The notes below the pieces were generated by a model. That model made no database searches. It was given only the letters and a program-made list of their open reading frames with translations, and was not told the origin of the DNA. Made by a program: the position numbers and the translations under genes. Positions 20,818 through 30,572 of a DNA stretch of 64,000 nucleotides are shown piece by piece. The DNA comes from Bdellovibrionota bacterium (GTDB taxonomy: Bacteria; Bdellovibrionota_C; UBA2361; JBGSMV01). Within the stretch, counting starts at the first letter, position 1, and each line of letters begins with the position of its first letter. The stretch lies in NCBI GenBank assembly GCA_041739995.1, contig JBGSMV010000059.1, positions 64,001-128,000 on the forward strand. The letters run 5' to 3'.

Positions 20818-22130
20818 AATCTAGACTCCTTGGTTTCAAGTGCTGCTCGCGAAAGGCGCGCCTGGCCATCCACCATAACAAAGTCGGTCTTGCCCTGCAG
20901 TTCGCAGTCCAGCCATGGTGTGTTGGCGCTCTTAGACAGAATGTCGGCCTTCGTCAGGGTCCACTGTTTGTTGGTGTCAACAATACAGAGGTCGGCGCGC
21001 TGTCCAATCGAAAGCGTGCCGCAGTCTTTAAGCCCAATCACTCGGGCGGGAGCGGTCGAGAGTGCTTCCACTGCGCGGGTAAGCGACAATCTGCCGCTTC
21101 GCACTAGACCAAGCATCAGGGCGAGGGTTGTTTGCACCCCAAGAATTCCAAAGGCGGCCTTATCAAATTCAAGCGCCTTGGCGTCCCAGTGGTGGGGGGC
21201 ATGGTCACTCGCCACGCAATCAATCGTGCCGTCTGCGAGACCCTGAATCAGCGCCTCGCACTCAAATTGCTCCCTCAGTGGAGGACTCATTTTGGCGTTT
21301 GTATTGTAGCCCTCCACTGCATTCTCAGTCAGCAACATGTGATGGGGAGCGACTTCGCAGGTAATCGGAATGTTATCCGCCTTTGCACGACGAATCAGCT
21401 CAACTGTTCTTGCGCTCGAGACATGGCAAATGTGCACTCGCGCACCAGTGGTACGCGCGAGCTCAATGTCTCGCGCCACCATGACTTCCTCTGCGACCTT
21501 GGGCATTCCCTTCAAGCCCATTCGCAAAGAAAGCGCTGACTCATTCATAGAACCACCACAAGAAAGATGCTTATCCTCCTCGTGACAACAAATCGGCACT
21601 CCGAGCTCCGCTGCCCATTCGAGCGCTCGGCGCATCATGCCCGCATTATAGATAGGTTCTCCATCATCGGAGAATGCAACGCAGCCCGCTTCGCGCTGCT
21701 CGACCATGCTGGCGAGTTCTACACCCTCTAACTTTCGCGAAACGGCGCCAATCGGAAGTACTCTTGCCGCCTTGGCCTTGCCCGCCTCTTCGAGGATATA
21801 GCGTGAAATTTCTGCATGGTCATTTACCGGGGAGGTGTTGGGCATGCACAGTACGGTGGTGAATCCTCCGTCAATTGCCGCGTGGGCCCCGGTCGCAATG
21901 GTTTCCTTCCACTCGAAGCCCGGTTCACGCAAGTGAACATGAATATCTACCAATCCTGGAAGGACAATCCGATTCGCCGCTGAGATTCGTTGCGCCCCTT
22001 GGAACTTGGAGCCAGTGAGTGAGCCTTGAGGACCGATTTCCGCGACCTTACCGTCAGATACGAAAATGTCATACAGTCCGTCGCGACCCGCTGCGGGATC
22101 AATGAGACGACCACCTTCAATGAGGATCAT
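20814..22130 (-). CDS. pyrC: Dihydroorotase
   Basis: PGLVDIHVHLREPG, MPNT and SDHAPH motifs; start taken at MILIEGG. Confidence 0.95.
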   Translation of the reverse strand: MILIEGGRLIDPAAGRDGLYDIFVSDGKVAEIGPQGSLTGSKFQGAQRISAANRIVLPGLVDIHVHLREPGFEWKETIATGAHAAIDGGFTTVLCMPNTSPVNDHAEISRYILEEAGKAKAARVLPIGAVSRKLEGVELASMVEQREAGCVAFSDDGEPIYNAGMMRRALEWAAELGVPICCHEEDKHLSCGGSMNESALSLRMGLKGMPKVAEEVMVARDIELARTTGARVHICHVSSARTVELIRRAKADNIPITCEVAPHHMLLTENAVEGYNTNAKMSPPLREQFECEALIQGLADGTIDCVASDHAPHHWDAKALEFDKAAFGILGVQTTLALMLGLVRSGRLSLTRAVEALSTAPARVIGLKDCGTLSIGQRADLCIVDTNKQWTLTKADILSKSANTPWLDCELQGKTDFVMVDGQARLSRAALETKESRL

Positions 22131-23127
22131 GCGCTTCTCCCTGTCCTGATACTGATGCAAATAAGGCGGCCATTCTCACCGCCACTCCATTGGTAACTTG
22201 CTGCCTGACCAAGGAACGAGGCCCATCGATAAGCTCGCTAGTGAGTTCCACTCCACGATTGGCGGGGCCCGGATGCAACAGTACCGCATTCGGAGCGTGT
22301 GCACGCATAAGCGCCTCACTGACACAGTAGGCGCGAGAATAGTCTTCAAGCGAAGCAATAAAGAACTGTGAAAGACGTTCGACTTGAACGCGCAAGCACA
22401 TCACCACGTCCGCATCTTCAATTCCTTCATGGAGACTGTTGGTAATAGTGAGACGACCGCGTGGGGAATCGTCCGCGGCACCGTCGATTTCGGAGGCTGA
22501 CTCAGGCGCAGCCAAAAACTCAGAGCTCACGAACTCCTGGGGCAAAAGAGTTCGCGGTCCAACCAGACGAACATCACTGCCAAGCAGAAGGTGCGCCCAA
22601 ATGTTGCTGCGTGCCACACGAGAATGAAGCACGTCTCCCACAATAGCGATCTTTAGACCGCGCAGTTCAGGATTTGTCTTAAAATGCTGCCTCAAGGTCA
22701 GGCAGTCGAGCAGAGCTTGTGTAGGGTGCTCGTGCATACCGTCTCCGGCGTTGATCACCGAGACGTTAGAGAGGTGGTTTGCCAGAAACTGCGGCGCACC
22801 AGAAGAGGCGTGACGAACTACCAGCACGTCTGCTCTCATCGCCTCAATAGTCCTGGCGGTATCGAAAAGCGTCTCTCCTTTCGAAACCGAGCTGGTCGAC
22901 ACTGAAAGATTGATTACATCTGCACTCAGACGTTTGGCCGCGATCTCAAAGCTTGTTCGCGTTCGAGTGCTAGCCTCAAAAAACATGTTCACCACCGTCT
23001 TGCCGCGCAGCGTGGGAACTTTTTTAAGGTCACGCTCGGAAACTTCCGCCATGCTGCTGGCGGTGTCCAACAACTGCAGAAGCTCTTGGCGCTTGAGCTT
23101 TCTTATTTCGAGAAGGTGGCGTGCCAT
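22117..23127 (-). CDS. pyrB: Aspartate carbamoyltransferase catalytic subunit
   Basis: FFEASTRTRTSFE, HPTQALLD and HPGP motifs. Confidence 0.97.
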   Translation of the reverse strand: MARHLLEIRKLKRQELLQLLDTASSMAEVSERDLKKVPTLRGKTVVNMFFEASTRTRTSFEIAAKRLSADVINLSVSTSSVSKGETLFDTARTIEAMRADVLVVRHASSGAPQFLANHLSNVSVINAGDGMHEHPTQALLDCLTLRQHFKTNPELRGLKIAIVGDVLHSRVARSNIWAHLLLGSDVRLVGPRTLLPQEFVSSEFLAAPESASEIDGAADDSPRGRLTITNSLHEGIEDADVVMCLRVQVERLSQFFIASLEDYSRAYCVSEALMRAHAPNAVLLHPGPANRGVELTSELIDGPRSLVRQQVTNGVAVRMAALFASVSGQGEAHDPH

Positions 23128-23142
23128 GTCTTAACGTTCCTA

Positions 23143-23775
23143 CTATGGTTCGCATTCAGTGGCGCTGGCCCTGAGAGCTGCGGAATTACGTTGATCGGCA
23201 GGAATCACATAGACACCGTCTTCATGACCTTGCTCCGAGAGTCTAAGGCGCACGAAGTCTCCACGCTCTGACGGAATGTTTTTGCCAACATAGTCGGCGC
23301 GAATAGGGAGCTCTCTATGACCTCTGTCGACCAGTGCGGCCAGCTCTACTCTGGCCGGACGACCGAAATCGATAATGGCATCGAGTGCGGCCCTGATAGT
23401 TCGTCCGGTGAAGAGCACGTCATCGACCAGCACTATGCGTGAGCCCGTAACAGAGAACGGTAGGTCCGTGCCTCGCAATGTTGGTTGAGAACGAGAGCGA
23501 GAAAGGTCATCGCGGTACAAGGTGATATCGATGACGCCAAAGGAAGGCTCTGTGCCCCCAATTTCGGCGAGGCGTTGCTGAATGCGGCGCCCGATCACCT
23601 CACCGCAGGTTCTTATGCCGACTACGGCCAAGCGGTCCATGGCGCGGTCTCGCTCTAAAATCTCATAGCAGATTCGAGAGATGGAGCGACTAATACTTTC
23701 CCCGTCCAAGACGCGCTTCCACCCCGCTGGAGTGGCGGAAGGATTCTCTCGTTCTTCTGTTTTCTTCTGTCCCAT
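23143..23775 (-). CDS. pyrR: Pyrimidine operon regulator / uracil phosphoribosyltransferase PyrR
   Basis: DITLYRDDL, VDDVLFTGRTIRAALDA and DRGHRELPIRADYVGKN motifs. Confidence 0.97.
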   Translation of the reverse strand: MGQKKTEERENPSATPAGWKRVLDGESISRSISRICYEILERDRAMDRLAVVGIRTCGEVIGRRIQQRLAEIGGTEPSFGVIDITLYRDDLSRSRSQPTLRGTDLPFSVTGSRIVLVDDVLFTGRTIRAALDAIIDFGRPARVELAALVDRGHRELPIRADYVGKNIPSERGDFVRLRLSEQGHEDGVYVIPADQRNSAALRASATECEP

Positions 23776-23954
23776 TTTACCTCTCGTATAGACTCATCAG
23801 ACTTTAATCCAAATGCAAGCAGGGCTCACGCGAAGCCGGTCCCCGCCAGAGATCGATCCCGGCCCGACATAGAGCCCAGCGAACCTAGAAATCTTAGGAG
23901 TAGAATTATTCGACCTGAGGAAATCTGGCCAAGCCTGAAGAAATAGAAATTTGG

Positions 23955-23990
23955 GCGAGGGATATAGCGAGGGATATAGCGAGGGATATA
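23955..23990. repeat. Perfect tandem 12-bp repeat x3 (GCGAGGGATATA) in the pyrR leader
   Basis: Three identical copies at 23955, 23967 and 23979. Confidence 0.95.
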
Positions 23991-24062
23991 TATACTGCCC
24001 GGTCTGAGATGGCGCGCAAACGCTAAGGGCGCTGTACGAGAAAACTTCAATCATTTCCACTT

Positions 24063-24094
24063 CCTTCGCGTCCTCACTGGAACGCAATTAAAGG
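24063..24094 (-). promoter_or_regulatory. PyrR-binding RNA stem-loop
   Basis: mRNA CCUUUAAUU-GCGUUC-CAGUGA-GGACGC-GAAGG: UUUAA element, CNGNGA hexaloop and CCUU/AAGG lower stem, upstream of pyrR. Confidence 0.85.
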
Positions 24095-24304
24095 CAGCCT
24101 CGCGGCTAAGTTCCCGTCTGGTTTAGCCGGAATTGCTTAGGAAAGTCAAGCGAGTATGATGTGGACTGCAATCGCCAAGGTTTTCGATTGAACCTTGGCG
24201 CGGCGGTGGAATGGTGGGATTTGTTTCCTGTGAGTGCTCTGGACCATTGCATTCTCGCGATAGCTTTAGGGTGCGGCCCTTTAAGAGCGAGTCCGGCATT
24301 GCGC

Positions 24305-24445
24305 TAGTGTGCTGAGTCAGAAGTTCATTTAAGTATTTTTCTCGCTGTTTTCGCTGAGCTCATTGTGTAATTCATTAAATATATTCACAAAGAGAGCAGC
24401 GAGCTCGGCCAGAATTATTCATCGAACTCTTAACTCAGGACACTA
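24305..24445 (+). mobile_element. 141-bp MITE copy 1 (IS630-like ends, TA/CTAG target)
   Basis: cTAGTGTGCTGAGT...ACTCAGGACACTAg TIRs; internal imperfect palindrome; homologous to the copies at 40781 and 48128. Confidence 0.85.
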
Positions 24446-24525
24446 GGCTCTGGTGAACTTAACTGGTCACATCGACGGTTTCTTCTATAGAGGTCATGTG
24501 CGTGGCGCTCGATAAAAAAAGGTGT

Positions 24526-25431
24526 ATGCCGAGCAAGCAACTTGGAAATGACAACCCAGCACTCGCCCTTGGCGATGTGCTCGACCGTCGCTATCGCGTG
24601 ATCTCCTACTTGGGCGCGGGAACTTCTGGTCAGGTCTATCTTTGCCGCGACAATGCACGCGCGGACAGTCGCGTGGCGGTAAAAGTGCTCTCTAAGGACT
24701 TAGCGGCACGCCCCTTTGCGCGCGCTGAGTTTTTAAGAGAGTTCTTGATTGGTTCGCGCCTTGATCACCCAAATTTGCTGCATTACTTCGACACGGTTCG
24801 CCAATCTGACCTTACCGCGTTTTCTATGGAATATGTCGGCGGCGGAAATCTTGCGCTGTTAATTAAAAAGCGCACACCAATCTCCATTCGGGAAAAGGTC
24901 AGAATTCTGATGGAAATCTCGCGCGGACTGGGCGCTCTGCACAAGTTGCACGTCATTCACCACGACTTGAAACCTGCCAACATCCTGCTCAGCAACCGAA
25001 AGGAAGTAAAAGTCTCTGACTTCGGGATTTCACGCTTTCGGGGGCAACCGCCGGATGAGGCTTCTGACGCCCGCATTGGAACGCCACAGTACATTTCACC
25101 AGAGTATCTGACCGACGGTGTAGTTACCCCCCTCTCAGACATCTATGCGTTGGGTCTCATGGCTTACGAGCTCATCACCGGGAAGCCTGCGTTCGTGGGA
25201 AAGACGGCGGTGGAGACCATCCAGCTGCGCTTTAAGACTACTCCGGTAGAGCCACACCGCGTCGTCGACGACTGCCCACGCATGCTTAGTAAAGCAGTTC
25301 TTAAGGCAATGTCTCTAGACCCAGTGGCCCGACCACAAACGCCCGCGGAATTTGAGAACATGCTGCATGATTGCATGCGTCCATTTTGGGTCTCCGCAAC
25401 CGCAACGCCCGCAACAAGAGTTGATGCCTGA
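24526..25431 (+). CDS. Hanks-type Ser/Thr protein kinase (kinase domain only)
   Basis: GAGTSGQV, VAVK, HHDLKPAN, DFG, GTPQYISPE and SDIYALG motifs; alternative start at 24496. Confidence 0.93.
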   Translation: MPSKQLGNDNPALALGDVLDRRYRVISYLGAGTSGQVYLCRDNARADSRVAVKVLSKDLAARPFARAEFLREFLIGSRLDHPNLLHYFDTVRQSDLTAFSMEYVGGGNLALLIKKRTPISIREKVRILMEISRGLGALHKLHVIHHDLKPANILLSNRKEVKVSDFGISRFRGQPPDEASDARIGTPQYISPEYLTDGVVTPLSDIYALGLMAYELITGKPAFVGKTAVETIQLRFKTTPVEPHRVVDDCPRMLSKAVLKAMSLDPVARPQTPAEFENMLHDCMRPFWVSATATPATRVDA

Positions 25432-25717
25432 GAAATTGCGTCACAGGTGGGGTGCCAAAAAAATCATCACAAATTCCTCGCTGTGCTGCCTAGCGTTTGG
25501 GCGGCCTAAGGACGCTCCGACAAGCTAAAATTAACAGGAACCCTGAAGGACCCGAGAACCTAGTCGTTGATACTGCGGTGCTTTAGCGGAGAAGCGCAGT
25601 TTTTGGTTATCGTCTTTTATCGCGGGAGTGTACCCCTCTCTCAGTGCATGAAAAGGCACATACAAGACAGTGAGAGAGCGGAGAGGCTGGACTCTGACTG
25701 TTGCAGGGATAGACCAG

Positions 25718-25733
25718 TGCACATGATGTGCCA
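25718..25733 (-). promoter_or_regulatory. Putative sigma54 (-24/-12) promoter
   Basis: TGGCAC-ATCAT-GTGCA with GG-N10-GC spacing, downstream of the NtrC-like operon. Confidence 0.5.
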
Positions 25734-25860
25734 CAAACAGCCTTAGTCTAGTGATGCTGCTTGATCTCTTCGCTCTCTCCGAGGTCTCCGCGTAGATAGA
25801 AACTAACTAGAAAGCGTGAAGAATCTGAAAATTTACTCGGTGTACCGGCCTCACAGACTC

Positions 25861-26715
25861 CTAGAACGCACCCTCAGAGGAGACGTAGAAGGGAAACTCC
25901 CAGCGAAAGTACTCTTTTCCATCCCATTCAATAAGGAACAATTCTCGGTAATGCAGACTTATGCTGAGCGACCTTCCTGAGCGGTTAATTTGTAGCTGCT
26001 CTTCGTCCACCGGCAACTCGTAGCGCCGCACGTAGTAAAGCAATCTTCTTCGAATCTCTAAGTCTGTCTCGGTAGCTGCCACAGGAATCATTTGGTCGAA
26101 GTGGTTCTGCAGTTCGTAGTAGTAATAATAAAAGGGGGCAATTGAATAGGCCACGTAAAGCACTGAAGCGATAATCGCGCCAAAGACTATGGCTGTTAAT
26201 GCGCTTACTCCGTCCTGAATGGTTCGCGGTCGCGGAGCCTCGGCCGATTCAGGCTGAGCTGAAAACCTCTCTTTGAGCTGTGATTGAAGTAACTCCAGTA
26301 CTGCTGCGGGAAGCTGAGAACGGGGGACGACCTCGTCGCACCCATTGTCGACGGCTTCCCGCAGCAGCTCAGTCTCAACGTGGGGCCCAAATGCAAGTAC
26401 GGGCGGCAGAGCGCTCGACTGACTAGCAGCTTTGGCTCTTTCGACCGCGAGCAGCGCAAAGAGCTGCTCTAACAAAGACGATTTCTTGGAGGGGTCACTA
26501 GAATCTGGAATCGGAGTGTCTCTCGCCTTGGCGAGGTCAATGACCACAATGCGGGCCTGTGCAAGCATAGAGGGCAAATCCTCAACTCTTCGCATGCGTC
26601 GCAGAGACAGTTTTGTTCCAGACTGAGCCGCAAAGTTCGCTAGTGCGGGCTCAATGCGACCTGCTGAGAGCAAGTCACAGCCAATAGTAATTACGAATTC
26701 TTCCGGATTGTTCAT
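25861..26715 (-). CDS. Atypical receiver-like domain fused to a TM helix and DUF4845-like domain
   Basis: DLLSAGRI...VVIDL...AFGPHV...GCDEVVPRS, then a hydrophobic helix and PFYYYYYELQNHFDQM; 4-bp ATGA overlap with the upstream gene. Confidence 0.6.
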   Translation of the reverse strand: MNNPEEFVITIGCDLLSAGRIEPALANFAAQSGTKLSLRRMRRVEDLPSMLAQARIVVIDLAKARDTPIPDSSDPSKKSSLLEQLFALLAVERAKAASQSSALPPVLAFGPHVETELLREAVDNGCDEVVPRSQLPAAVLELLQSQLKERFSAQPESAEAPRPRTIQDGVSALTAIVFGAIIASVLYVAYSIAPFYYYYYELQNHFDQMIPVAATETDLEIRRRLLYYVRRYELPVDEEQLQINRSGRSLSISLHYRELFLIEWDGKEYFRWEFPFYVSSEGAF

Positions 26716-28133
26716 TGCGCCTGCTCGATTGGGTCTTCAAGAGCGTACTCTTGAACCTTGGCAATCAAATTACTTCGAGATATTCCTAAACTTCGTGCAG
26801 CCTCACTCTTATTTCCTCCGGCCTGCTTAAGAGCTTGAGTAATGAAATCCCGCTCGAGATCGGCCAGCGCATCCTTGAGTGCTCCAACGGTAGCTGAGCC
26901 ATGAGAGGGAGAACTTCGGTTCTCGACCGAGCGTACCGCTTTAGAAAGGTCATCAACCCCAAGCGGGGAACTCGAGCTACTCATGATACACATGCGCTCT
27001 AGCTCGCTCTGAAGCTCTCGAACATTTCCTGGCCACGAATAGGAACACAGTGCGGCAATCGCCTGCTCGGTCAATTGCTTTTCTCCCTTGCCCGCACGTA
27101 CGCGCTGAGAAAGGAAGTACTGAACCAAAAGCGGAATATCTGACTGGCGGTCGCGAAGCGCTGGAATCTCAATGCCAACTACGTGCAAGCGGTAATATAG
27201 ATCTTGTCGAAAGGTCCCGACACGAACCATTTCTGCCAGGTTACGATGAGTGGCGGTGATAACGCGCACGCTGGTCTTTCGATGCTGGGTGGCACCTACG
27301 GGGGTGAATGTGCCGTCTTGGAGAACTCGAAGCAACTTGGCCTGAAGCGCAGGAGACATTTCCCCTACTTCGTCCAGAAACAGACTTCCACCATTGGCAG
27401 CCTCGAACAATCCGACGCGATCACGTAGGGCTCCAGTAAATGCCCCCTTCACATGCCCAAACAGCTCAGACTCCAAAAGCTGCTCATTGAGAGCTGCGCA
27501 ATTCTGAATGATGAATACCTGGTCACGTCTGACGCTTTGGTAGTGCAAAGCTGCGGCCACCAGCTCCTTTCCGGTCCCCGATTCGCCGGTTATCAAAACG
27601 GGAACATCGGCGTCCTTGACCTTCTCGATTAGGTTAAACACTGCTTGCATCGCTGCAGAGCGTCCGATGATATTTGCGTAGTCTGTTCGTTGCTCAGCCA
27701 CACGACGGAGCGCCGTGTTCTGATCTTCTAGAGTGTGAAGCTGTTGATAAAGGGAGCGAATGCGAAGCGCTGCGGCCACCCGCGCCAGCAGCTCCTCTTT
27801 TGAATATGGCTTTTTAATGTAGTCGTCAGCCCCTTGGTCGAGTCCGAATACCACGTCATCGAGAGAGTCCTTGGCGGTCAGAAGTACCACGGTGCAGAAC
27901 TTTAGCTGAGGATCGCTTTTGATCGCTCTGGTTACCTCGTAACCATCAGGCTCTGGCATGTTCACATCAAGCAGCACCAAATCGGGATGCTCAGCATGCG
28001 CTTGCGCCAGTGCTTCTGTTCCGTTTGTGGCAGTGAAGACTTCGTAGCCCGCGCCCACCAGCAGCGTCTCAAGGGCGAACAACCCATCAGTTGAGTCGTC
28101 TACCGCGAGCACTTTTCGAGAGGGGCCAACCAT
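26712..28133 (-). CDS. Sigma54-dependent response regulator (NtrC family)
   Basis: REC (VDD, LLDVNMP, KP), AAA+ ([19 protein letters not shown]) and Fis-type HTH. Confidence 0.97.
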   Translation of the reverse strand: MVGPSRKVLAVDDSTDGLFALETLLVGAGYEVFTATNGTEALAQAHAEHPDLVLLDVNMPEPDGYEVTRAIKSDPQLKFCTVVLLTAKDSLDDVVFGLDQGADDYIKKPYSKEELLARVAAALRIRSLYQQLHTLEDQNTALRRVAEQRTDYANIIGRSAAMQAVFNLIEKVKDADVPVLITGESGTGKELVAAALHYQSVRRDQVFIIQNCAALNEQLLESELFGHVKGAFTGALRDRVGLFEAANGGSLFLDEVGEMSPALQAKLLRVLQDGTFTPVGATQHRKTSVRVITATHRNLAEMVRVGTFRQDLYYRLHVVGIEIPALRDRQSDIPLLVQYFLSQRVRAGKGEKQLTEQAIAALCSYSWPGNVRELQSELERMCIMSSSSSPLGVDDLSKAVRSVENRSSPSHGSATVGALKDALADLERDFITQALKQAGGNKSEAARSLGISRSNLIAKVQEYALEDPIEQAQ

Positions 28134-28148
28134 GCGCTACCTCTTCGC

Positions 28149-29858
28149 TCAACCGCCCTTCATGGAGTCAATGAACTCTTTATTGGTCTTGGTGCCGTCG
28201 AGCTTACTCAATAGCCATTCCATTGCTTCAACTGTGTTCGATTCGGACAAGAGCTTCCTGAGCAGACGAACCTTGGTGAGGACGTCCGGCTTTAGTAGCA
28301 GTTCTTCCTTTCGAGTACCTGATTTATTCAGGTCGATCGAAGGGAACACTCTTCTGTCGGCAAGTTTACGATCGAGTACGAGCTCCATGTTACCGGTGCC
28401 CTTAAATTCTTCAAAAATAACCTCGTCCATTCGGGATCCGGTCTCGATCAGAGCAGTACCGATGATGGTCAAGCTGCCACCCTCTTCGACGTTTCGTGCC
28501 GCTCCAAAGAAGCGCTTTGGCTTGTGAAGTGCGTTTGAATCAACACCACCAGAGAGAATCTTTCCGCTCGGTGGTACCACCGTGTTGTAAGCACGGGCGA
28601 GACGAGTAATGGAGTCAAGTAAGATGACTACGTCGCGCTTATGCTCGACCAGTCGTCTGGCCTTCTCGATAACCATCTCAGCAACTTGTACGTGACGAGT
28701 TGCAGGTTCATCGAAGGTTGAGCTGACCACTTCGCCCTTTACCGAGCGCTGCATGTCGGTAACCTCTTCTGGTCGCTCGTCGATAAGCAACACAATCAGC
28801 ACAACTTCTTTGTGGTTTTCGGTGATGGCGTTAGCGATATTCTGAAGCAGTACGGTTTTACCCGTACGAGGAGGAGCAACGATTAGCCCTCGTTGTCCTT
28901 TTCCAATCGGAGAGAATAGATCGATGATTCTTGTCGAAACATCAACTTTCTTGGTCTCTAGATTCAGTTTCTCTGCAGGATATAGCGCCGTGAGATTGTC
29001 AAAGTGCAGCTTGGTCTTGATTACCTCCAAGCTGTCATGATTGACGGAGTTCACTTTTAGAAGTGCAAAGTAGCGCTCGCCTTCCTTCTCGCGTGGCGGT
29101 CTAACCTGCCCCTCGACGGTGTCGCCGGTTTTTAGTCCGAAGCGACGGATCTGAGCGGGACTGACATAGATGTCATCAGAGCCGGGTAAATAGTTGAAGT
29201 CAGGAGATCGTAGGAACCCGAATCCATCAGGCAGACATTCAAGCACGCCCTCAGCGTAGATACTGCCGTTAGACTCTGCCTGAGCGGTCAACAACTGAAA
29301 TATCAGGTCCTGGCGACGTAAGCCGCTGGAACCTTCAATCTCAAATTCATTCGCGAGTTTCACCAGCTCCTCATTCTTGAGTCGCTTGAGTTCATTAAGG
29401 TTCATGTCCATTCCGTTCGAAGCGCGTCGACTCGGGTCAACGCGAGTGTTTTCACCGTCAAGATCGCCTCCGCTCTGCCCCTCAGGCAAGCCCTCAGTTG
29501 CTGAAGCCTGTCGAGGTGCCGAGGGTTCATTCCCTTCCATAGGGTCTCCACCGAACTCCTCATCGCGAGGCAGTCCTTGTCGGGAAATGGGAGTGCGTGA
29601 ATCAGAATTACGGTAGGGAGCAGGCGCTCTGGAATTCGCCTCGAGTTCCGGCCGATCGCGCGAATCGCCACCTCGTCCGCCTCGCCCTGCGCTCATGCGA
29701 GAACCGCTTCCACGTGCGGGACCGTCGTCACGATAGCTATCCTGTCGAGCCGGTGGACGACCACCAGACCTAGGTCCACTCGCGCTAGATGGGCGAGGGC
29801 GACGAGGCCCCCCGCTACGTGAAGAACCACCACGGGAATCAGAAGTAGAAGACGTCAT
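28149..29858 (-). CDS. rho: Transcription termination factor Rho with N-terminal disordered extension
   Basis: [28 protein letters not shown] and [12 protein letters not shown] motifs. Confidence 0.98.
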   Translation of the reverse strand: MTSSTSDSRGGSSRSGGPRRPRPSSASGPRSGGRPPARQDSYRDDGPARGSGSRMSAGRGGRGGDSRDRPELEANSRAPAPYRNSDSRTPISRQGLPRDEEFGGDPMEGNEPSAPRQASATEGLPEGQSGGDLDGENTRVDPSRRASNGMDMNLNELKRLKNEELVKLANEFEIEGSSGLRRQDLIFQLLTAQAESNGSIYAEGVLECLPDGFGFLRSPDFNYLPGSDDIYVSPAQIRRFGLKTGDTVEGQVRPPREKEGERYFALLKVNSVNHDSLEVIKTKLHFDNLTALYPAEKLNLETKKVDVSTRIIDLFSPIGKGQRGLIVAPPRTGKTVLLQNIANAITENHKEVVLIVLLIDERPEEVTDMQRSVKGEVVSSTFDEPATRHVQVAEMVIEKARRLVEHKRDVVILLDSITRLARAYNTVVPPSGKILSGGVDSNALHKPKRFFGAARNVEEGGSLTIIGTALIETGSRMDEVIFEEFKGTGNMELVLDRKLADRRVFPSIDLNKSGTRKEELLLKPDVLTKVRLLRKLLSESNTVEAMEWLLSKLDGTKTNKEFIDSMKGG

Positions 29859-30330
29859 TGAGGACCCTTACAACAATCAAATTTAGATACAGTAATTAAA
29901 AAATTGGCCAGATGCGGGTGTGAGAAGCGCTACCGGAGTCGGGAATACTAAGCAAAGCCTTCTTAGGTGACCTCGGAATGAGGCGCTTGAATATACAAAC
30001 GATGCGTTCAAGTTATGTTCTCATTCGTGATGAATGCTCTTCTTGGACCTGCTCTTCTGCCGCTCAGCAGGAGCTCTCCAACAAGTAACTAGACATTCTG
30101 GCGATACCAGCCAATTAACCCAAATTCGCGCACGTCGACAGGCACAACAAAAGGCCCATTTCCGTTCCGCTTCTTTTTTAGCAACTTTTCCCCGCCGGCA
30201 GTTAGGAGAACAAAATACACAAGTTACAGAATTGATTAACAAGTTACAGCGTGATTTCGCAGGTTCGTAAATGCCGGATTCGATCTCAGGGACTGCGGGG
30301 ACTGCGCGATGGACTGTCTTTAAAGGCTAT

Positions 30331-30360
30331 ATCTTACCGCGCCTCCTCGTCAAGCATCAA
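30331..30360 (-). promoter_or_regulatory. Putative sigma70 promoter for rho
   Basis: TTGATG-N18-TAAGAT on the minus strand, about 470 bp upstream of rho. Confidence 0.35.
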
Positions 30361-30572
30361 AACACCTACTTCTGCCAACAAATCTATCATTCTACGACGA
30401 TAACCCCCTACAGACACGAGGGTTCTCCCCCCTTCGAGAAATTGGTGTTTGGTGCCACCTAAATCCCAAGGCCAACACCCTGAGAGTCTTTCGCAGTGAT
30501 GCACACCCGACCAGATTTGAACGCTCGCAGATTCAACCAGTCACCAATTCAACACCGGCATTGCTCCAAGCT

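Noticed and set aside
30021..30462. Short ORFs upstream of rho
   Set aside because: No protein-like features or convincing SD; better explained as leader/promoter DNA.
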